Shown here: positions 25,314 through 34,684 of the stretch, piece after piece | How positions within the stretch are numbered: position 1 is the first letter of the stretch | Layout: every line of letters starts with the position of its first letter | Origin: Paraspadella gotoi | Lineage: Eukaryota > Animalia > Chaetognatha | DNA: 34,684 nucleotides | NCBI GenBank assembly: GCA_051294375.1 | Contig: JBJCIZ010000239.1 | Span: forward strand, 3,262,647-3,297,330 | Direction of reading: 5' to 3' | The notes under the pieces: model-generated | The model's database searches: none | What the model saw: the letters and a program-made list of their open reading frames with translations, nothing else | What the model was told of the DNA's origin: nothing | Program-made: the position numbers and the translations under genes

Positions 25314-25658
25314 TACGACGTACTTGTTGTTTCAAACTGAACACACGTAACGTGTACTTCCCGCGGACACCTGGAACTGCGGGCACTTTCTTAACGTTTG
25401 TACGACGACCAGGAACCTGTACGCACACCACGTGAACTCGGGTAAGTGCTGACTCGTAACGAGCACGGTTCACCCGGGGGCATGGGCGCACTCGGACAGT
25501 CTCTCGCACCTAACTTAAGTACCGTAGAAGCAACAACTTTTGCGGTTGGGGGGGGGGAAACGGGCCCGACGTTGATAAAATGCTACTACTTGTTGCTTGG
25601 CCTTGGGAGATTGACCGAACAACGCCTTTCGAACAGATAATTACTTAATTACGTTACT
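25314..25658. CDS. Second mirror-frame RING-like domain near the start of a long frameshifted gene
   Basis: Complement fragments: MLHEQQSLTCVHC / APVDLDARERIANMLLVLGHACGALEPIHD / LSIARAKWAPVP / ACQRAWIEFMASSLLKTP / LCPGCNYFTMMNNEPEPSNWLVAESLSINELMQ. The CxxC...C..H...C...W...CPxC order is RING-like. An A-rich leader with AAAATG lies at about 25224. Confidence 0.5.
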
Positions 25659-26094
25659 TACTACTTACAGGGCTAACTTATTCGGTAAAAAAACTGACAT
25701 ACGATTGATGACTGATGATACACCGGCACGGCGAAGACCGCATCGCACCTGTTATGGCCTGGTACGATATACGCCACAACCATCACGACCTTTCACACTA
25801 GCTTTGTACTTCACTTCATTGGCATTGGGAACCTTCACACTAATCAACTGACTCACACCTAATTTTTTTTTGACAAAAAACAAAACTTACATAGTCGAGG
25901 GACAAAACGCACTTTCCTTTCTCGTTTTTCGCAACACGACGAACACTGGTCTACAACACAAACTGGTAACGTTTGGAACCACAACTTTCTCGTCAAACTT
26001 GACTAAAAAAACAAAACAAAACAAACACATCACAACCACTTGCACTGACGACTCGGGAACATATCGACACGCACATTTGGTGACTTGAACGAAC

Positions 26095-26215
26095 ACGTTG
26101 GGGCACTACACACGGGACGGTTGATACGGGACGAAAAACACACAACAACTTGGGTTTAGAATTTTTTTTTTTACGTAAATACGACTCGATCAGTCGACTT
26201 TTTACACAGTGAAAG
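26095..26215. CDS. Mirror-frame fragment with the shared CP...C...KK.AFML motif
   Basis: Complement gives QPRDVCPANYALLFVCC, then aaaaaaaaaaatgcatttatgctgag (K..NAFML), resembling aaaaaaaaaccatggcatttatgttggag at about 15245-15271. Confidence 0.4.
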
Positions 26216-29200
26216 GGGGTGGGGACACGGGGTAACGTTAGGTTCGTGAGGGTCACGGACACGGAACAAAAAAAACCTTTGAGATAAGATGACTCGAACT
26301 ACATTGCCACAGATAACTTGCCACACGCACCCTTCCGAAATAAACATTCAAACCATGCGCTGTTTATGGGCATTTGGGGCTGACAAACACAGTTGGTGAC
26401 TGTTCCAACAAACGTTTTTCTTAACACAACCGGGGGGTCAACATCAACGTTTTTTCGCGCAACTTTTTTACCGAAATCACGAGACGACCGACTCAACTCA
26501 TAAATCACAGACAGCGAACAGCCCACACGACAAAAAAACTAAACTGTTCCTCTACACTTTCGTAGTAGTACAACTATATACGTACACGTACATATTCCTC
26601 GAAGTTTCTCACACGGCCCTAATTCGATTAATACTACACCTCTACAATTTAGCTCGTCAACGGTGACACTGGTTCGATCCACAGTCGGGGCGCACTGTCT
26701 TCGTACTATGTTACAACAACAACAATCAAAAACCTTTAAACAAACGACTTCGCACAACGAATCACCTTTTTTTTTCATCACTGTTTTCCCTCTGGAACGA
26801 ACACTGACAACTCACGTCACTAGTGCTATTGGGGGTTTTTTTTTAAACTAAAATAACGCGGCCACACATGTTAATAAACTAACTCGACTGATAAAAAAAC
26901 AAACAAAACCAAACAAACAAAAAACAGCGGGAACACCACACTTGAAAACTTCCACCTCCCTCCACGTTTTTTTTTCACACACGGGGGTGATGAGGTGGGG
27001 ACACACGTAGCAACATATCCTATGTTTTTTTTCGACCAAGAGGACCGAACGAGGGCCAGCGCGCGAGACGGACGACGAATGACAAACACAGACACATCGA
27101 CTGACCCACACTACTTCACTACTAACTTTGCAACACGATTTTAACAACCAAATAAGGTGCTACTTTTGAACGTAGTCCGTACAACTGAGGCTAACTTTTC
27201 TCCCCATCGACCACATTACAACACACACATTTTTTTTTTTTATATACAAAAACGGACGGTACAAACCACTAATTTTTCGTGTCTCGAACAGAAAACAACT
27301 CGACGAACCGACCGTTTTACACAAACGTACCGAACCTCCCTGGAGTACGTCTTTCTCGGCCTCGCCCATTTTAAACAATAAACAAAGCCCCGGCCGAGAA
27401 AAAACAACTAACTAAAGACACGGCGCGCCGGTACAGTACAACTTACTACCACGCGACCCGTGGAAAACACACAAAAAAACAAAAAGTTACACAACGCTGA
27501 TCCCGACGGCGACGGTACACGACACAGCTTTTCTACTACGAACGACCGGTTCGGCAACTTTTGGGGGGCGACACACTCTCCCTTTTTTTTACTACTCGAA
27601 CGAAACGCCGTTTGACTTTTGACCGTTTATACTCCTTGTCGTTTCCCCGGCCATCCGGACGACGGCTGTTGATGGTGCTTGTTGACGGATTGGTGATTAC
27701 CGGAGGACACGGCTCTTGCGCCCCGTTGGACATCTTTGACCTCGACATCTCCTGAACACACGAGAACAAACACATTCACAAATTAACTACACTACACATT
27801 TTCTAACACTAACGGACTAACTATATCCTTCCGACCACTGAACTGGCTACACCTTGGGCGGGCTTGGCGGAAACTTTCGGCGTTTGCCGGATTGACCGGA
27901 CACGCCGCGAACGGTACGACACCGCCGGAAGGTTGGCGTCGCCGTTAATTGGACGTCGCCTCTCCGGACTTCCCGACCGATGAGCGGCACACCTTACTGG
28001 CACACTATACATAACACATATATCGTATAACATATGTACATATACATTACTATAACAACATAAATAACGGCTACACCTTCTAACCGTCTTTCGGGCCCGC
28101 CTCACCGTCATCTTCGGTCGACACCCGTCTCCCCGTCCACACCGACGCTTCCCGCTTCCCGTTCCCGCCCGCTGCTCTCACTCGTTTCGCGTGATCCCGT
28201 TACGGACAGGAGGGTCGGCCCGACGACGGACACGCCGACCGTGTCGGTGTACTCGGTTGCCGGACACGCCCGCCGCTGCCGAGCGCATGTTTTAACGGGC
28301 GGGCAGTCGGCCGGCGGTCCGGTTCACGTTTCCGTGTTACGCGGGCGTTTGGGGTACGGGGACTTGTATGACCTACCGCCGCTGGCAGACGGAGTTTTAC
28401 GACACGAGAAGAACACAGGACAAATACGAGGGGGGGGGGTACAGAAGAGAGAGAGACGAAACAAACAGAAGAGACACAAAACAAACGGACGAGTAATGAA
28501 TTTGGGCGGTCACCCTCTGCGGGACTCCGTGACGGACGGTGACTTCTTCGACATCGACTGGCCGTTTCCGTCGACCGTCGCCAGGCCCCGCCGCGAGAAC
28601 TCCCCCGTGACGCCTGGATCAAGTAACGTAATCTTTAATATTAACGTGGATAACTAAAACACAACCCGACACCTTGGTTTTTTTTACATGACACAACCTT
28701 AAACGGACAATAACATCACCTATGAACTTACGTACACCGGAAACGTACTCGATCACCGGACCGATCGTTTTACCGAAACATACAAACTGACTTAAAACAA
28801 CATTTACCCGCTTTCGCGTACGTTACTGTTGTTTTGTTTTGGGGTTTGACTGTACTTTCCCCGCGTGTGTTGCCGTCATAACTCGAGATAGGCGCCGGAC
28901 GGTGCGTACGCTGTAAACGACCTCGCGCCTCCACCCTCCCCGACCGTACCGCCGCCCCGCCCTCGCCCGCGACCCCGGTCGCCCGCATCCTGCGGGCCGC
29001 CTCGACAACTCGCGCAGCCGCCGCCTCGATACCCGCCGCGCCGCCGCCACCGCATTCCCACGGCTCCATCGACCGACTGATTCACACCGGGACAGTCACT
29101 GTGCTTGTCGACCTGGTAAACCCCACTTCGGTCTGTTTACTTTTATTACGGGGGGGAACAAACGGACTGTGACGGACAATGTTCCAAATTAACTACAAAA

Positions 29201-30099
29201 TACTAACGACACTGTATACATTTAATCCGGGAATATCACTAATTACGGGGAGGCGGCGTGATCACTCACAACTTTTTTTACACATTCGTTGTGATTCGTC
29301 ACCGACGACGTCGCTGACCCCCCGCCGGAACTACGCCGTAGTGTTACGTTCCTGTTCAACTCCCCTCAACTTGTTCCGCCCACGTTGCGGCTTCGCTCCG
29401 GCTCTCCTCTCACTCCTCCCTCACGTTTGCACTATCGTCGATAATTGGCCAAACGACAAAAAAAAACAAACACAAACAACTCACACATTAGAAGACGAGA
29501 AACTGAAAAACGTTGACATGTACATAAACGCCGGTTCACAACTGCACATGCACCGGGCTACTTTTACAATGTAAAAACACAATACAGACCAGCAATGCCA
29601 CAAAACACCCGAACACCGAAACTTAACACACGAACAACAACAAACAACAACACGTACAATTACATATACAACTAAACTTGAACACAACACGTACCCCGAC
29701 CTTACACACTAATAAATTGATTTTTTTTTTCTGTTTTGAACGAGTTTTTTTTTTTTTAGGCACGACTCACCACGACAGCTTGTACACTTACGGGGGATAT
29801 ATATTCGACTACACACTTACTGTCGACGTCGAAACACAACAAACGGATTACAAAACCACCGGCACAAAACAAACAAGACACAAAGAAAACAAAAGACCGC
29901 CAACCACGACTCGCGTTGGCGGGGTGTATAACGACGAACGCGACGACGCGAGTCTCGCACCGACACACGTTCCGTCGCCGCGCAATTTCCCCTCCCGCGA
30001 TTCTCGGAGTCACAAGCTCACACACCGGCGACGAGGACCGACTTTCCGCCGGACACTCGGGCCGTCGACGCCACCCACGTTGGACTTGGGGCGTGGCGC

Positions 30100-33000
30100 A
30101 CGCCTCCGCCCGACTGACTTCGCGAAGGATTTAACCTCCGCGACTTCGGCGGCCCCTGGGGAACGTCCGGTAATAACTTCTCTCCACGCAGACCGACTTT
30201 CTGCTTCCGGTCGCGGACGCCGAGAGCGGCGAACACCGTCGTCTTCGTCACTTTCCGGCTCGTTTTCCGCAGCTGCGGATTCCGGTTGGACGACGGACCG
30301 GCCCGGCCGACGGCGCTCGGCGGCCGTTCCGCCCACCTGCCACGGGGTTTGACCGCGGCCGGCACTCGCGCGAGTAACGACACTACACCGAGACCCGGCG
30401 TGCGGGAGGACCGCGTAATGATGCCGTCGTCTGGGGGTTTTTTTATACTACTTTTGACATCAGTAAAAATTTGTAGCGCGTAACATTCAACACGCGACTG
30501 TTAACTTACTGTTACCTTTCAAAACTATTTTCTAAGGCAAACTCACCACCGAAAACACAGTCGACCCTTCAACACACGACACACCGCAGTTTACAAACGT
30601 CGCCTCAACACCGACGAAGCACTGAAGCTGGCGGCACGCGACCATGGCGAAACCACAAACAACAGAACCGACGGGGGCACAACACCACGCAAACCGAAAA
30701 ACGACCTAACGTTTTCGGGACACGTCCATTCGAGTTTGACACCGCGTCGACCGGTCTTTGACGTGGTCGTCATATCGAAGTCGCAAGGAACTCACGTCCC
30801 GTGGGTCTCGTCACGTTCCGGACCTGGCACGCCGTTGACGGGACGCGTGCACAAAGAGTCCGCTGCTTTCAACGTTAAATTTTGTTTCGTTTGCTGTTGT
30901 TTTTACGGTTGTTTTTGTTTGCAACGTTTCGACGTCGTTACTCGTACCTGTCTGAGTTGTTGTTCGTGTTACTTTCGTTCCACGTTGATACTTTTCGTGG
31001 CCGACTATGCTATCGGACGACGACGTAATCACACGTGACTCACAGGGAAACGACAGTCGCGGTTCACACAACTCATCACTTACACGACGAGTAACCTGTC
31101 GTTGTTTACTTTCCCCCAAGTCGCGGTGCCACTTTCCCGACGTTCGACAGCGCTTCACTATCGGTAACGCGAAATGACGGCGCAACTATCGTCACATACG
31201 ACGATCGACTGACCGTTTACGCCCTTATTTTTCACACATTTTCCACGACCGCCCGCAAGTCGTCGAACCTGCTGTTGAAAGCTGACGTCCTCCAACCGTT
31301 TTTATCCCCACAACGTGAACTATTGTTACTACTGTTTTAAACTACACACCTGTTACATGAAGACTTCACATCTAAACACACCACTTAAGCCTTAACGTAC
31401 TTTGGGACGACTAAGAACTCACACTGTACCAATAACTCTTCGTCGGGACGACACTTACACTAACTTGAACCGAGACCGTCATCCGTCAACAAGCTTTCCA
31501 CTACTCACTCGCCTTACACGTTATCCACTCACGAAAAAACTTGGACTCAAAACTTACTAAAAAAAACTACAACAACACAACTTTTACGGGGACAACCGCA
31601 CGACGCAAGACTTTCTTTCACGTTGCTTCACCTACACCTACAACTATAATGGTTCATGCGTTCACAAAACTCGACCGACGGGAGAACAGAACCACACACA
31701 CTGGTCGACTTACCACGGACACTGGAGACCGAAACTAAAACACAAACACACAACTGTAAAAATTTGTTCTCATCTGCACCACGACGGGCGTCTAACGCTA
31801 AACGGTTCTTCTCTCGTTTGGCTGAGGTACGTTGGCGGACGGGAGAGACACGGCCTCCCCGTATTGTCCTCTGCCACGCGCTCTCCTTTACGGGTGAGCG
31901 TACGAAACACTCGGTTAGTTAATCGGCACAATCTAGCGGCGTTGACACTGACTTTTTCCCGGCAATTCTCGGCCGACACAAAAACCCCTTACACTCGTGC
32001 ACACTGGTTCTCGTTGCACCACCACAGATTTACTTCGACTCTCTGCGACGGCCCGTCGGCTTGTGGGCGGGCGGCGGCACCGTCGCGACCGCGCTCTTTG
32101 CCGCCGCCGCCTCGACGTCGAACTTTTGGTCACCGTAGTCGCGACAGATGGTTGGCGCTTTGCGACTTTTGCCTGACCCCTCGACCGCCGCTGGGGCGTG
32201 GGTAAGCTTTCCCTTGGACGACGCAGTAAGGAGTCTCGCGAAACCACACACCACCGTCAGCGTCGCCTTCGTCGACCAACGAATTTGGCGACGACGAGAC
32301 AGAACATATAAAGGTCACTGAAACTACTTTTGAATCAAACAACACCATCCCCGTACAACAAAAAAAAACAGCTGGAAACATTTTGTTTTCGCACCCGCAC
32401 GGACTATTGACAAAACATAAATCACTCACGTTACTTAAACACGGATACATACTACATTTCGCGAGGTACTTTGAAAACACCACACAAAAAAAACTACTAC
32501 AGCCAGGATAAACAGGCGATTAAAACACAATTCATCGTTCATCACTTCACCCACGTTTCGCTGCTTGCCTGCTTCTCCTTCAACAGGCGCGTCACTTTTC
32601 TACAAACGAACAAACACACACTTCAACGTCACACGGAACCACGACAACACGAGTTCATATACAACAACGACAGAGGCGCACTATTGTTACTCGACGCACG
32701 TAAACAAGACGACAGGACAAAACAAAACAACACACGACATTTGACTTTACGTTTTTGGCAAGACCTGGACACGACTGATAAACACACATACACTGACGGG
32801 ACACGGTTCCACTGAACGTTAGACATTCACCCTGCGTTGACGCTCGCCCCTGATCTGGTCGCTGGAACTCGGCCCGCGGTTGAACGGGACTGCCCGCGCC
32901 GCGACTTGTAGCCGCCGGTCCGCCGCGTCCGCACCGGGCCGCCTCGACCGCACCTTCGTCCGCGAAACACACACCGACTCCTTCACGAGTACTCTGGCCA

Positions 33001-34684
33001 ATGAAAAATCGTACAGGGTTGTACAACGCACTTACATTTAACCGGACGGTTTTAACTAAATTCCTCCAACGGTACACTTTTTTTTTTCCGGACACCACTT
33101 TTCCTCCCCGCATCGTACACCGACCCTCAGCCTGTAACGCCTCCGCGCTGACGAGTACTGACCTGCGTTCCGGTCGACGTTTCCGTTCCTCCACACGATT
33201 CGAACTCTGCGTTACGACTCTCAAACGACTTTTTGTTCTCGTAGACGGACCCAAACCACCTTCCTAAAATAGACACGACACGCACTTGGGACTAACTCGT
33301 AAACTTACGGCCAAAGCGCGACTTCTGTACAAACCTGACGACTGGGCGAGGACACGATTTCCGACGACACGAACTTGACGCACTTTTGACATGTTCTCTC
33401 GCGTGCCGACCGACAGACTGACACCGACCGTCGGACCTACGGACACTGGACGACTAGACACTACAGCACTAAGACGTACAGACGACTCTACTTTCTCCCC
33501 AGCCCCCGCGGGACGACGTCCGTCAACTCCCAGGTTTGTCGTTTCCTCATCCTCACCGCTCGTGTCCGCCCTCGATCTTGACACGCGGACGAACGACCGC
33601 CGACTTTGTCGACGACCTTGGACTGATCCGCCCGTTTTTGTTTTTGCCGACTGACCTTTCTGGGACACACTTTTTTTTGGGGGACAACGGTTTACATTTT
33701 ACTTCGACATCGAAGGAACATAGCGTTAAACACTTTGGTTCTGTTTACCTGATATCACGACAACCGAAATTATCATCACGTACAATGATTTTCTCACACT
33801 TGATACCACTTTCTTGTGGCGATACTCTCAGACGTTTCCTTCACCACCCCTCCACGACTTAAACTTACAATGGCTCACTTTTTGTAGTCCGCAGTCTGGC
33901 ACTTTTTTAACTTCACATTCAATCACTTTTTACATAATTCACACTACACGTCAGGGTTTGGTTTTTTCGTCACTGTGACACAATAACACTGACGAACACT
34001 GCTTTACAAAACACACTTACACTGTACGATTTTTTACACCTCTGTGGTATCTTGACTACTTTGGAAATTACACTTGAACTTTTACTTTTTCACTTACAAC
34101 AACAACGGACGACACATACACAGCTACACACTGTTCACATTTGTTCATTACCTAATTTACTTTTCGATTACATTTTACACGTTACCTTTTAACATCATAA
34201 TAGACACACGTTACTTACATACAACGACACGACCTCACTTACACACATACTGTTCTACATTACTACTACTCATTTACAAACTACCACAACCGACAACCTT
34301 TCAAAAACCGACCTATCATTAACTCTTTACGGTTGCTACGACTATACCTGTCCACGACTGTTACACACGCGACGAAAACACTCACTACACTTGCGTACGG
34401 AACCCGTATAACTACACTTACGGTAACTTCTCATAACAATAACTAGTTTGAACGAATTAATTTTTATACACGGTAACTTCTTTATTGACACTCTCCGTCG
34501 CCGAACGCACTACACCACTGTGGGTCAAATTCACCTCGTCCCTCCCACGACCACTTCACTAACACAAATCCTTAATAACACACGCGCGCTTGACTGAAGG
34601 GCCTGGTTATATTCCTTTTCTCGCTCTCTCTCTCTAAGTCATAACGCAGAGTGAGAAAAACACTTCTTTTTCATAAACACCCCG
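30100..34684. CDS. Further frameshifted mirror-frame coding sequence (complement, left to right); products unidentified
   Basis: Fragments such as EAAGDPLQAIIEERCVWLKDEGQRLRL (about 30144-30224), HALLAHYYGSRPPKKYDENCSHF (about 30400-30468), NEVDVDVDITKYASVL (about 31623-31670) and AAFVSDVNACLGHIDVNAIEEYC (about 34370-34438). GAT/GAA/GTT/GCT codon texture throughout. Gene boundaries unresolved. Confidence 0.4.

Larger units (their letters stand above)
10607..34684. other. Mirror-oriented (complemented but not reversed), error-rich long-read sequence of a gene-dense genome, probably a large dsDNA virus or endogenous viral element
   Basis: As deposited it is dominated by AC/GAC/ACG/CAC/TTAC/CTAC words and (GAC)n tracts. 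Their plain complements are the common TG/CTG/TGC/GTG/AATG/GATG words and (CTG)n. The complement read left to right gives protein-like frames broken by indels, with overlong A/T homopolymers. The mirror state is well supported; the viral origin is inferred. Confidence 0.85.

Noticed and set aside
28330-28410. ILRQTVAAIQYVQGHGV in the reverse reading, resembling kinase subdomain VIa
   Set aside because: No HRD, DFG or glycine loop found nearby, and the coding direction is ambiguous.
30245-30290. LALGVDAF in the reverse reading, resembling the Patched/NPC1 sterol-sensing GxxxD motif
   Set aside because: No surrounding multi-pass pattern holds up, and the complement direction gives the more natural frame here (GDPLQAIIEE...).
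10607-34684. All supplied ORFs in this interval (Arg/Thr/Asp-rich or Ser/Val-rich, e.g. 13840..14625, 16025..16690, 21908..22675, 29678..30352)
   Set aside because: They translate mirror DNA. Their composition simply reflects GAC/ACG/CGA words and none shows a recognisable domain.
10607-34684. Nidovirus-like RNA genome suggested by the G/T-rich, mostly co-oriented coding
   Set aside because: No RdRp, helicase or protease motif seen. Internal AATAAA boundaries and an apparent opposite-strand gene fit a DNA genome better. Not fully excluded without a search.
10607-34684. Polinton/Maverick, retrotransposon or prophage
   Set aside because: No pPolB, integrase, RT, packaging ATPase, capsid motif or terminal repeat was recognised in either mirror reading, although read noise limits sensitivity.

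Overview
The window has two very different halves joined by a 25-N spacer (10582-10606). Bases 1-10581 are ordinary AT-rich, CpG-rich, non-coding eukaryotic DNA (arthropod-like by inference). They carry five sized scaffold gaps, long (GA/CT)n microsatellites, about four degenerate copies of one dispersed repeat and four perfect CRE palindromes. Bases 10607-34684 appear to be mirror DNA: the complement without reversal (equivalently the reverse without complementation) of a real sequence, so the supplied six-frame ORFs there are meaningless. Complementing base by base and reading left to right gives gene-dense, apparently intronless protein-like sequence broken by frequent indels, as in an unpolished long read. 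It shows two RING-finger-like Cys/His domains, a motif shared between apparent paralogues, Pro/Ala and Glu tracts, a stop codon overlapping AATAAA, and probably one oppositely oriented gene. This fits a large dsDNA virus or endogenous viral element (nimavirus-like is my leading guess) hidden from standard annotation by an orientation artefact. I recognised no diagnostic viral core gene, so the viral identity is inference. Mirror-block features are given strand '.' because they lie on neither biological strand of the deposited sequence.
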